Shown here: piece by piece, positions 37,895 through 50,400 of the stretch
Numbering within the stretch: the first letter of the stretch is position 1
Layout of the letters: each line of letters opens with the position of its first letter
Assembly: GCA_964270895.1 (NCBI GenBank)
Contig: OZ185435.1
From: Podarcis filfolensis
Lineage: Eukaryota
Strand: one strand, 5' to 3'
DNA length: 64,000 nt
Translations under genes and position numbers: made by a program
The notes under the pieces: generated by a model
What the model was told of the DNA's origin: nothing
The model's input: only the letters and a program-made list of their open reading frames with translations
Database searches by the model: none

Positions 37895-38248
37895 AAAAAG
37901 GTAAAGGGACCCCTGACCATTAGGTCCAGTCGTGGCCGACTCTGGGGTTGTGGTGCTCATCTCGCTTTACTGGCCGAGGGAGCCGGCGTACAGCTTCCGG
38001 GTCATGTGGCCAGCATGACTAAGCCACTTCTGGCGAACCAGAGCAGTGCACGGAAACGCCGTTTACCTTCCTGCCGGAGCGATACCTATTTATCTACTTG
38101 CACTTTGACTTGCTTTCGAACTGCTAGGTTGGCAGGAGCAGGGACCCAGCAACGGGAGCTCACCCCGTCACAGGGATTCGAACCACCAACCTTTTAATCG
38201 GCAAGTCCTAGGCTCTGTGGTTTAACCCACAGCGCCACCCGCGTCCCC
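37895..38248 (-). mobile_element. Sauria (Squam1) SINE, full length
   Basis: tRNA-like head gggacgcgggtggcgctgtgggttaaacc...ggttcgaatcc, BovB-like tail ...ggggtccctttacctt, and 12-bp TSD caatggtgctta (37883-37894 and 38249-38260). Confidence 0.95.
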
Positions 38249-39844
38249 CAATGGTGCTTACTTCCTAGTTAATGCATGCATAGGAGTCACTTCAATATAC
38301 ACCCAAGGCTGCAATTTCAGGATTGTTTCAGAGAAACATCTGTCTATTCTCAAAAGCTTTCCTCTTACCAATCCTATCCCTGAAATGGACTATTCTTTTG
38401 CTATCAGCCAGTTTTCCCAATCAATACTTCCCTCCTAAGAATGTCTCGCTATAAAACCTGATGCCAACTAACACCTCACCATATGCAGCAACTGAAATAA
38501 AGCATTTCCACACTCCCCTTGTTCTCTGCACGCCCGAGGTCTTTCCACTGATACAGTTGCTTTCCCCTCAGTGGAAATCTTATTACACATCATCCTGCAG
38601 GAAGCCTCTTTGTTATGCTAAGATTGAAATCCTAAATTCATCTATTAAGAGTAGGGCTGCAATCCTATGCACATTCACCCCAAGTAAACATGTATAAAGT
38701 TTGTGGTGCAAGTTCCACTGAACTAAGGAGGACTTGCTAAGGAGGAGTAAGCATGCAATAGACTTGAGTAAGCACACGTAGCCACCTCATGAGTTCTGAG
38801 TGGTCCATGCAGTGATGTTCTTGTAATCTCAGGCATTTACTATCCCACACCGAAATCCTTTAAGCACGGATCTAAAAAGAGGGAATTTAAAGGTGCAGAG
38901 TTTGGCACTTTCTGTGTTGAGTTGGAACTGCCAAACTCCTTGGCTTGCAACCAAATCTGAAATTATTTTTGCATTGTGCAGTCTAGACATGCTCTCCTCA
39001 ACTGTCCTCCAGGGGCACTATGCACACTTGGTGGCCCTGCTCACAACTTTTGGGGCTAGGCAAACACTCAGCTTGTTTGGTTTTTATGATAGAGGCCAGG
39101 CTCCTATCCCAAAAAGCATCTCATTTTACCATTTGGTCTGATGCCACTTCTGATTCTCTCACACACAAGAGGCTTGATGTAGCAATATTATTATCATCCT
39201 CATTATCATCTAATTTATGTACCACTTATATGTCAAATATAAAATCAATACATAATCAATACATAATTAAAATACACAATAAGTATTCCATTGTAGCATT
39301 TGAAAAAGCAAAACAAAAGCCCCTATTGAAACAATAAAATCACAAGTTCACTTCCGGGGAATGCTTGCCTAAACAGGTGTGTCTAAACAGCAGGCTTGTG
39401 GTGGTTACAGTGTCCTACTGACTGAGGCAGGTCGTAACAACATTTTAACTAGAAAGAGCTCTGCTTGATGGAAATGGAATGGTGGACCTTTTTCACTGCC
39501 ATCATCGCTATGTGATAGTTGCAGATATGCATTCTAACCACTGTTCAGCCTGCTGTAGCCGTTATCTGGCCTCTTTTGTTGCTCATAGCTATGAAGAGAA
39601 CTGAGGAGCAGAATGAGCTCTGCAGTGTCAGACCAGACACACTGAAGCGACTGTGTCAACAGGCCTCCTCACCCTAATGTTCTACAATTAGGAAACAGCC
39701 TCAACAAAATCACCAAAATTGGCTACTGGAAAATCCTCCAGAGCCCTCAGGAATCAATCAGATTTCATAGGTCTCAAAGCGCATGCCGTCCAAATTGGCC
39801 GCTCCCCACAACAAAGGGATCAATATGCAAAACACCAGCCACTC

Positions 39845-40035
39845 ACCCTGAAGTGACGTCTAAAGCTAATGTGTGTCCTACCCTGTGTATTGGTCCATTG
39901 ACAATTTGGGACAGGCCCATGAAAGCCATGAAGTCCCAAACTGGACCAGACAAAGCAACCTTGGCATGAATGTCGAGGTCATGCAAAACCACTGTCCTGG
40001 GGTCCCCCAACACTGGACTTGAGACTACCTTAGAC
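39845..40035 (-). mobile_element. Degraded L2-clade LINE, APE endonuclease remnant
   Basis: Minus strand reads VVLHDLDIHAK...GLSQIVNGPIHRVGHTLALDV, resembling the APE motifs GDFNIH and PTH..GHTLDL. Confidence 0.7.
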
Positions 40036-41861
40036 AGCCACTGGGCAACAGGGTAGGCACTTAACCAACAGCATCCCTAATCTCTTCCACTGACTCAACT
40101 ACAGGTACAGGTTTCCAATACCTATTCCAAGACTATGGGGTATTCTGGCAAACTGCATAGAAGTCTTACGGACCTCAGTGACTCCCCCAATCTGGCCTTC
40201 TAACTTTTATAGCCTTAATGCATCCAGGTTCACTAAACAGCTTGTCAAAGATTCTGCTAATGGCTTCTGCATGGTGCTTTGTAGGCAAATCTGTAGGAAC
40301 TAAGCACACAGCTAAGTGATTTGCATGGAATGTGTGCACCTAACCCCTGTATTGCACCCCTTGTGTTTTATACTTCAACCCCTAAGCTTCCAACTCAGCT
40401 GTCCATTCAGCTGTCTTCCCTTCTCACTTGACCTCATCTGTTCTCACATCCTTTGCCTCAATTCCCCATTCTGCCCTTGTTTGCTGCTGCCTATAAGTGT
40501 GGGTGGTCACTGACTATCCTCTGCCTGTACTTTTGTTACAGGTATTTAACTTTAGGAGCTGTTCACAAACTGTTGTTGAACTTCTAAGTATACTTGCCAG
40601 AAAACAAGTCTCAGTGAAATCAGTAGGGTTTGGTTCCAAGTAAATGTGATTAAGATCAGGCTCTAAGTTTGACAATAAATGGTTAAAAATGTGTTGGAGG
40701 ACCCAGTAAAGTTTCTTATGTACAGTATTCTAGCACATGCTCTGTTGTGTGCCCATTTGTAAACAGCTGCAAGTTCCTTCGTGGGCTATATAACCTGCAG
40801 AGTCTCCCATCCATCTAGGAATCTCCTTCTGTGCCTCATTCATTTTCACACTTTTTCTGTTCCCTGTCACTTCCTACTTCACCCTACACTTCTCTCTCCC
40901 GGAGTGATGCAGCTTACCTCAGAATGGAAAAATCCTTACAAAGCACAGCCACTGTCTGGTTAATTTCATTGTCCGCTTTCTTGCACGGCCTTGACTCTGT
41001 CATTATTGATGCAAACAAGTCTGCCGGCTGTTTGGGGCTCCCCAGTGTCATCAGCAGACTCCTCCATTTGCTCAGCCCAGAGTATGCCTAAGGGAATACA
41101 CAGATGTAAGGACAAGCAGGGTACACAACCAACGTCACTCCAGCCCACCCAGCCCCTACTTACTGAAGACATGGGAGAACTTTGTTCCAATCCCGTCATC
41201 TGAAGATTCACCAGAAAGCCTAAACAATGTATTTTATTTTGCTCAGCCTCTGTTCTGTGAAATGGCAATAATGAACAGCCCAACTCATAGGTTGTTTCCA
41301 GACTAAAAGCAGCAATGGTGATAGAGGCATCTGGCTCTCTAAAAGTGGTGCTGGTTCTTTGCCATGCTCCGCACACCAACGTCAGGTGTCAAGTCATTCA
41401 TAGCCCACTATAGGAGACACTATATAATTCACAAAGGTTGATATTCTACTCAGTAGAACCAGCAGAGTTATAAGACCTTGGATTACTAGCTGAAATTTTC
41501 AACATTGTACCACATTGTAACAATGCTCAAAGATATACTAATATATGTTCTACTTTCTTGGACCTTTTCATAGGACAATGAAGAAGAAAGTTGATAATGT
41601 GGGCATCTAAATTTTAGATGTGTGCAATGGGGCAGTTCACTGTTTGTCTGAGCAGAATGGGAAGTTCACACGTCCAGGACTACTGCAGACTTAAGCTTCC
41701 TACAGACACCCCTGTGCATGCACACACACTTTTGAGGCTTCCTGCAACTGCAGCATATTAAAAACAAACTTTAAATCAAGCAGAGAAAATGATAGGCGTC
41801 AGACATCGGGTTTTCTTATGTGAAACTTTTATATGTTAGTAAAAAAGAAAGAGAGAAAGAT

Positions 41862-42180
41862 AAAGGACCCCTGGACAGTTAAGTCCTGTCAAAGGTGACT
41901 ATGCGGTGCGGCACTCATCTTGCTTCAGACCGAGGGAGCTGGCGTTTGCCCACAGCTTTCCAGGTCATGTGGCCAGTGTGACTAAACCACTCCTGGTGCA
42001 ACAGAACACCTGGAAACGCTGTTTACCTTCCTGCCACAGTGGTACATATTTATCTATTTGCACTGGTGTGCTTTCAAACTGCTAGGCTGGCAGAAGCTGG
42101 GACACAGTAACTAGAGCTTATCCTGCCTCACAGATTCAAACTGCTGATAGTGGTTTAGACCACAGCGTCACCCGCTCCCT
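41862..42180 (-). mobile_element. Sauria SINE, older diverged copy
   Basis: Shares ggtcatgtggccag, gtttaccttcc, tatttatcta and tgctaggctggcag blocks with the other copies, with internal deletions. Confidence 0.85.
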
Positions 42181-42454
42181 TGGGTACCATGGTACTTAGC
42201 TAAGTCATTGAGATAGTTTATGGCAAAGGGGGTGCCCTCTCAGTTTCAGGGTAGCACTTTAAATGTCATACAGTATTAAGTTATCCAGAGCTTCTACTGC
42301 AGCCTAGTTCTGAACACATATGTAAGACTCTTCCTTCAACCTTTCTGAATATACAGAATGCTTTCAACATTTCATAACCACTCTGATTTTGCACAGAAGC
42401 AAGGTTAAAGGTGCTAAGGGTACATATATAATCTTACGTACCCTAAGTAGTGAT

Positions 42455-42805
42455 GGGAAGCGGGTAGCGCTGTGGGTTAAACCACAGAGCCTAGGGCTTG
42501 CCAATCAGAAGGTCGGCTGTTCAAAACCCCGCGACGGGGTGAGCTTCCGTTGCTTGGTCCCTGCTCCTGCCAATCTAGCAGTTCGAAAGCATGTCAAAGT
42601 GCAAGTAGATAAATAGGTACCGCTCCGGTGGGAAGGTAAACGGCGTTTCCGTGCACTGCTCTGGTTTGCCAGAAGAGGCTTAGTCATGCTGCCACATGAC
42701 CCCGTTAGCTGTACGCCAGCTCCCTCGGCCAATAAACCGAGATGAGCGCCGCAACCCCAGAGTCGTCCGAGACTGGACCTAATGGTCAGGGGTCCCTTTA
42801 CCTTC
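42455..42805 (+). mobile_element. Sauria (Squam1) SINE, full length
   Basis: Same head and tail as the 37.9-kb copy, with 12-bp TSD accctaagtagt (42440-42451 and 42806-42817). Confidence 0.95.
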
Positions 42806-42977
42806 ACCCTAAGTAGTACAAATCCACTCTCCAACACGCTTCTGCTACACTTGCAATCCTGGGTCAACTCCAATGTGCCTCTGGCCCATTAATGAACTCA
42901 TTTCCCCCTCCATATTACATTAAATTGGTTTCTGCCTCTTCCCTACCTCACCTTCCATTTGCTAATTCCTCTTAGTC

Positions 42978-43158
42978 TAGGGGTGCCCAAACTTTTTTCA
43001 AAGAGGTCCAGATTTGAAGAAGTGAACATGTGCAAGGGCTGACCAAAGTTGTTGAACTTTTTTTAGGGTTTATCCCAGGACATATACTGCCACAGGGGGC
43101 GGATAAAATTGACCGGCAGGCCGGATTAGGTCCCCAAAATGGACTTTGGACATGCCTG
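42978..43158. mobile_element. hAT-family MITE
   Basis: Termini taggggtgcccaaac ... ctttggacatgcctg with a perfect 8-bp TSD tcttagtc on both sides. Confidence 0.9.
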
Positions 43159-43399
43159 TCTTAGTCCTTCCCTTTGTGTGTGAACCAGGAGAGGACTGGT
43201 GTCTACCCCAGTTCACTGCATCAAAGGCTTCCTTTCAAAGTATTATGCATACCTGCAAGGTGAAAAGCGATTGCTCTCTTTACACCCTTTCCTCTCCCAG
43301 TAGTCTCTTTCACTCTGGAGATTTAGATTTAGATTAAGCCCTCCCCGCTAAGCATAAGGGCAATCAGTTGCTCCTTTAATTTTTTTCGAGGGTGAGGTG

Positions 43400-44480
43400 G
43401 GCAGAGTGCTCTCTTGTACTGACTCCTAAAGACAGGGCGCGTATTTCCTTGGCCTGCTGCTCTGACTTTCAGCCTCGAGTATCAAAAAATATTTGCGAAG
43501 GCAAAAATAAAACTTCCTTATCACGTAAATCATAGACGGGACCTTCCTCCCAAGATAAATCTGCTGGGACTAGTCTATTATCTTTTCCATGTACCTATTC
43601 GCTTAGAATCCATAAAATAAAACGGCTGGAGAAATGTTGCGAGAATCTTCCACGGTGAACTTTCAGGGCTCACCATACGCATTCCCCGTAACTCCAGCCG
43701 CCATTAAACAAGCCGACTAACTGCTGGTCTGGTTTTTAGAGGGGTTTCTTATACTGACGGCCGCTTTCGAAGTTCCGGTGACAAAGCGGGATACAAATCT
43801 TAAAATAAATGAATACAGCTCGTTGATTGCAATGGCCGCGGAAATTCAGGGCCCCACAAATCAGTTCCCTTCCTCCCTCTCCCGTATCTACCACCTTTTC
43901 TGCAGGCCGCAATCACGTCCTTATCTAGCCTGATCCAACTTCTCTTTTGTACGTGAGGGAGAAAAAGTAAATGCACCCCCACCCCCGGTGAAGAAGCTCT
44001 TTTCTTCGGATCGCATTCTAAAAAGTTGCAAAAATGCGCTGCGGCCCCTTTCCGCCATGTTTCGATTGCTCCTTCCCATTCTCGCCTCAGGGCCACCCTA
44101 ATCTGTGCCCAGCTTGCCGTCGTCCACACCCCTCGACCCCTTCAGCCTCCCCCCACCACGCCACGTAAAAGTCTACGGCCAGCTTTGTTGTTTGTTTTGG
44201 AACCAACATCGCCTGCAACTCTGGAAACTCGACCCTCCTCCTTCTCCTCTCGCCCCCGCCCCGCCCAGCCTCTCACACCATAACATGTGGGGCTGAGCTG
44301 TTAAAAAAAAACCAACAACCTTTGTGGGGGCTCACGGCACCGCGGGGCTCAGCCAACCCAAACAGAAAGGGGAGTGAGTTACAAGCGAACAACACCCCCA
44401 CCCCACCCCACCCCAAACGGGTTCAGCACCGTCCGTTTTCAGTTCAGCTCAATGATGCCTCACTCTCTGGCCGAGAGGTG
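43400..44480. promoter_or_regulatory. Orphan CpG island with housekeeping-promoter motifs
   Basis: High CpG density. YY1-type ccgccatta (43698-43706), aatggccgc (43831-43839) and ccgccatgtt (44052-44061). ETS ttccggt (43773-43779). Tandem GC boxes at 44252-44266. Confidence 0.65.
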
Positions 44481-47400
44481 TACGAATCAGGTAAATGCTC
44501 TTAGGGCTGTTTTCAATCCACACCCCATAAAGTCGATCCCGATTCCCTAAGGTTGATCTACTGTATCCCCCCTTCCTCACTTGACTGGTGAGGAGATACT
44601 CTACGTTGTTATCTTCTGGAAATCAGGCTTTTGGAGAATAGAAGGAAGAATTTTTTTTGAAATATATAAGCAAACCTCTTGGATTCCTAGGTGAAGAGTT
44701 GTTGTTCTTTCTCTGATTTATTCATCCAGGCAGCACAGGAGTTTTGAACTCCTTTGCCGTTTAAAGGATCCTGTCATGCAGAGCACTGCAACCCTTTGCA
44801 CTCATAGCCAGGAGTAAGGCCCATAGCAGGACTTGCTTCTTCTGGGTAAACATGTATAGGATTGCTATGCAAAGGTACAGTCCTGTATTCTCCAGTCCTG
44901 GGAGAAAGACCCACTGGAATTTGATAGAACTTGTTTCTATGTATAGGATTGCCTTATGAGGCTGAGGTCCTAAACACACAAGGGAGTATGCCTCATTGAA
45001 CACAAAGGGGCTTACTTCTGAGTAAACATGCAGAGGACTGTGGCATAAAAGACTTTTGCGTTTGCTGCATCAGTAATGTGAATGCAGAACCAACACTGGC
45101 TACTAGAAAATGCATCTTTATTTAAAGATTGTTCTCATCTGCCTTCTAGACTGGATTTACAACATTCAAATGTGCACATAAATAGGGTGAGGGGACTCAG
45201 AGGTGCAGAACAGTCCAGTGCATGCTTGTTCAGAATTAAGTCTGCCCTGAAGCAAAGCCAGGTTAGGCCTGGTTAGTACTTGGATAGGAGAAGTTAGTCT
45301 ACCCAATGAGCTTATACCTAGGTTGCATCCTTAGTGCCTTGTAATGAGTGTTTATAAGTCATGCACCAAAAAGCAAAGAACACTCAAAATCCAGTCATGC
45401 TTGCTGTCAAGTACCGTTGCCTTAGTTTTTTGCTGTGATAGGGAATCATAGGAGACCCATAAACCCTTAAGTGGGCATCACATTTAAGGCTGCAATCCTA
45501 TGGGTATTTGCATTGAACTCTGTGGGACTTACCTCTCAGTCAACTTCCACAGTGCTGGTGTATAAGGTTCACAAAGGTTGATATGTTATCTTGAACAACT
45601 TGTTGATTTTTTCTGTTCAGGCATTTTCACCCTGTTTGGATTGTTGGACTGTTTGCTTATTTTCTCATTGAGTTTTGTGCTTAAAAAAACTGACATTCTG
45701 GAACAGGGCACTCAAAAGGCAGGGTTGCTTTTACAGTATAGACATGGCATGTATTGCCAAAGTATATGGAAAAGACAGGGCCAGAAAATAAGAACCAGGG
45801 ATCTTCCCGCCACACATTCCTTATGTCAAAGGCCCTTTTGTTCAGTGTTCCTTAGTGCCCATATTAATTAGTGACATATTACTGTCCAGTCTGTGGTGGG
45901 GTTTTTTAAGAGCAGATTTTCCTCATTACTCTTTGATGGGAATTATTGTATGTACAGTCTCTGATAAGTGGAAGTTGTTTTCTCATATTTCTTCTTCTCT
46001 CTGGTCAGTTGAGGCAGGAATCACCATGCATTAATTCTACCAGTCATAGAACTGGAGAGGGCCTTGTAGCCTGTCACTTTCAGCCAGGGCCAGTCCTACC
46101 ATTAGGACCTCAAGCAGCAGTTCATCCTCTGAAGCCCCCAGGCTATTTCTCTCTGTTGGAAGACAGAGCTGTGTATGCTACCCAATTTGGCCCTCCCCCA
46201 CTAAACTAGCCTGTTGCCAGAGGACACTATCCCATCATCACTCACCAGTACTGAAGTTAGGTTAAACTACCAGTCCAGTCAGCTTCTATACAGGAAATCA
46301 AACGCTATCTTGTCCTTCACCTCAGGCAGCAAAATTCTCAGGGAAGCCAGAGATCAAGATGCCTTACAGCCTCTTGCTTGCCAACCTCCAATGAGGAAGA
46401 GTCTTTTCCCACTCCTATATAATCACTGCCATTGTTAAACTGTGTCACCATCAACAGCTGTCTCCTAACTCAAGCCTATTAGATCTAGTCCTTCCTTCTG
46501 GAGCAGACAGAAGGAAGCCCTTCTGGTGACATCCCTTCAGATATTTGAAGAGTGCTTCATTTACCCCCTCGGCCTTCTTTTCTCCTGGCTGAACATAACC
46601 AGATCCTTCCACCTTTCTCAATAAAATGTGCTTTGTCCAATTGGCCTACATTTCCATTAAAATGAAAGTGGGGGCAGTATTCCACATTACTAGACAAGAG
46701 CCCAAGAAGGTTTAAGAACATAAGAAGAGCTCTGGAACGTGTGAAAGATTGATGTAACCCAGCATTCAATTCCTAGCAGCAGCTGGACAGATGCTTTGTG
46801 AGGCCCACTAGCAGGGCTTGAGTAGCTGCTCTCAGCCATGATTTGGCCTTCAGAAATTGCAAAAGGCAGAGTGAAACAACCACCTCAGGTGGCAGGTGCT
46901 GGTCAGCAGTGTTAGCCATGCTTGGCTGTTTTCCCTTGAGTGTTCTGCTTAGTCAGAGGAAAAGGCAATGTGTGCCACAGGGCCTGCCCTGTGCCCCCAT
47001 AAAACTGCCTGCTGCCCTGATGCTTTCCAGTTGTCAGGCTGAGTGAGGTGGCTGCCTCAGGCAGCTGGGTTTGAATGTCACAAAAGGGCGGAAAACGTTG
47101 GATTTTATTCAACCGTGGTGCTATGTAAATTTTTGGGCAAGTGGAAATCTGCTTGACCAACAAGCCCTCTAAACTCATTCAGGGGCTTCTTCCAACCCTC
47201 AGGAGCCGATTTGGGGATGTGAATGGTGGGGGGGGGGAGTCCTATTTCACAAGTGGAAGTTGTTCCTTCCACACACGGATCTAGTTGAATGCTGCTGTTA
47301 ATTTTTACTCTCAGGAAAAGGTACTTGTGGGATTCTCCACCTCAGGTGCCAAAATAACTTGGCCAGCCTATCATTAATGTGACCAGGACTTTGCCATTCT

Positions 47401-50400
47401 GCCTCAGGCAGCAAAATGTCTTGGGCCAGCTCTGTATTACAGTAAGTTTCACCTGCCAGTCCAGTATGTGGAATTTGTGGGTGTCTGTGTGGGTGTCCAG
47501 CTTGTCTTCTGCTTCAGGCAGAAAAATATATTGGGCCAGCTCTGACTGCTTCAGATGAGAGAATGCTGTGAAGTACACTACTGAGGGCCCTCAGAGAGCC
47601 AAAATGGCTATGTGTGTGCGTGCGTATGTACATTTAAAGATATATAGAAATAAAATGGGTGTAGGGTTTCCTCACAAATCTCTAAATGCATGTTTGACTG
47701 CAAAAATTGATGTGAATAGGTTTCCTGTGCAATTATACGTGAAATTTGAGCGTGTATGTGTGTGCACATGCAAAGGAAGCCTGAGGCCTGCAGGCTGAGC
47801 TTAAAGCCTGTCTTTGGAACTGAACGCTGGAATTCTCTCACCAGCTCTGGATTATCAAATCAGATTGATGGACAATTGTTGGCAGAACCATGGCAGGATC
47901 TCCTAGTTCTGGGAAGTGATGGGATTTCCTCCACCGCCCCCATTTTCTCCATTACATACACACGCATGCACACCACTACATGCCGAGAAAGATGCCAGTT
48001 GGATGAAAATGTGTTGGAACCAGACATGACCTTTCCCTGTGTTGGGAACAGGCACTTTCGTAATGGGCCTCTGACGTCAGGAACCTCCGTGGTTTCTTGC
48101 GAGGCCAGAAAGGTCACTGTATTGTTCTGGCCTGGCTCCCTCTCTTCCCTCACAAGGAATTCCCTCCAACGATCAGCCTCTTCCCTTGAGTCGCTCACTG
48201 CAGCCTCCTGCGTATATGTATTCCTTTGGACATCTCTCCCTCTAATCTCACCACATTTAAACCTCACTGTTTAGTTCTTCAGTAGCTGCCTGACTTTGGA
48301 AACCGTCTGGGCAAAATTCAGTGGCAGAGGATAGGATAATTTTGCCACAAGCTCCCCATCTCCTATGCTGCTTCCTCCGTGGGACCCCATCCTAGAACCT
48401 TCCCCCCTCACTTTAGATTGGAGATTTGGTGGGGCTGGGGGCAGTGCTATCTGCCCCTCCCTGCATCAAGGTCTGTTTAGTCTGCGGCTCTATAATAACC
48501 CCCCTTCCTCAGCACCACTGTAAACATCTGTCAGGGTCAATCTATCCCAGGGCCTTGCCAGGCATAGCTTCCTTTGCCCCCTCCCCCTCTCCTCTTCCCT
48601 CCCTTCCCCCTCATCCTGCACCGCGCACAGACAATAAATCCCAGGATCCATTTGCTCAGGAGCTGGTGAGAGGAAAGTGGGGTACACACTTCTTTCTGTT
48701 CCTTTTCAGGTTATGGGATAAGACATCAGTGTACCCTCCTAACAATGGAAGAATGAACATAAGTACACCCTTGTTATGTGAGCCAGTGACTCATGGTGTG
48801 GTAGTGAGCAATCAAAGCTATTGAGTGAATGAGGCATGCCCCCCTCTTGAAGGTTTTTTGAAATGCTGGCTGTAGAATATTTTGGCATAGACGGTACCTT
48901 TCCGTTCTGCCTAATGGCAAGTTCTGTGTAACTCAAAAGCTTGCAAACTCCTACACTGGCAGCAGAAGGTATCACCTTACCTACTTTGTAACTACAAAAT
49001 ATGCAATTTCCTGCAACTTACAAAGCAGATGTTTACATTTAGATACCACAAATCACTGGCACATTCTTCACAATCTCTCTCGCCAGCTTTCTCTCCCAAA
49101 TACTAATTTTAAAGAATGGATACACATTAGTAAACTCATTTTAGATGCTATCAAAACCAGCAGGCAGTATCAGCAGTCAGACAGGGGCTATTGGAGGTTC
49201 ATGTGATCTTTTTTATAGCATAAGAGTTAGCCCTGCAGCCTGTTCGTGGTGGTACAGCATAGTAGAGAAAAGGGATTTGAGCATATGCAGAGTGCATTTC
49301 CTTCACTCAACAGTAACTAAAATGCAACATGTAAGTTAACACACCACATATCCTGGTTTTATGAGGAAGGGTTTCAAGAAGAAAACAGGACTTTCAAAAA
49401 GGCCTGGGCTCCCACATTTTACATTTTAGAAATAAAGCACTGGCATTTCCAAGACCAGACTGCAAATGGTCAAATTATTATTTTAAGCATATGTGTCCTG
49501 CCTGCTTATAGTAACTAAAATCAGAAAGAAATGTGAGGCTTCAGGCCATGTCGGAAATACTGTATATTGGCACATCTCTAGAGATAGCCATTTTGCTATA
49601 GCTAAAACACTGGAATGTGGGCTGAGCCCATTCTGGGGACATTGTTGAGGGCTGGTCTGTAGCTTGAGAATTGGGGGGGGGGGGGAGTTTAAGTAGAGTT
49701 ATTTGCATCTGTAATCCCAGGGACAGGTTTGCAGGAATCATGGGGCACAAAGGGAGCTATTTACAGGGAGCTGAGGATTAGACTAGCAGGATGAGGGTGG
49801 AATCACAGAATGGAGTCAGAACTATTTTTATGGGAAGCCCTGAACTGGAATAGAGAAGTTGGTCAGCAAGTTGGGGTCAATGCTCATCTGCAAGGGGAGA
49901 GAGGGTGTGCGTGGGCAAGGGCTGTGCGCAGTGCTGGAGGAGGGAGACGGCCCATTTTTCCTCGCTAGAACATTAATAGTCAATGACTTCAACCGGCCAA
50001 ATATCCTTGTGGTGTCCAGTGAGCCAGCAGCTTGCAGACCATATAAAGGATTGTTTCCCAACTTGCTACAGAGTAAGGGAAAGCTGTTGTGGACTGAGCT
50101 TGGAGTCCCCCAGCGGGGTCAGGTCACAGTGCCTGCTGTGCTGGGGAACGAAGCCCAGTACAGTACAGGCCTGGCAGACACAACCGAGGGAGGCGCAGCC
50201 GCCCAAATAACGGGATGCCAGGAACCGATAAGACAGTGAATTTGTCTCCCAGAGGTTCTGAACACAGAGCAGAGCTAAATGGCCAGTCCTTTTACTTTGC
50301 TGAGTTCCAAACAAAGCCATCCCCAATACACTTCAGGGATTCTGTCATGCAGGGGAGACCTGCGGATTCCCCCCCCCCCCCGTCGTCAAAACACATCAGG

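Noticed and set aside
40966-41379. 137-aa minus-strand ORF (also 47860-48267 and 49859-50239)
   Set aside because: No recognisable domain and no convincing flanking splice sites.
43670-43760. tcaccatacgc as an snRNA PSE (also the octamer at 55835 as a DSE)
   Set aside because: No recognisable snRNA, 7SK, Y, vault or RNase P sequence lies at the expected distance downstream.
44171-44181. gtctacggcca equals the first 11 nt of 5S rRNA
   Set aside because: Similarity stops at 11 nt and there is no internal promoter.
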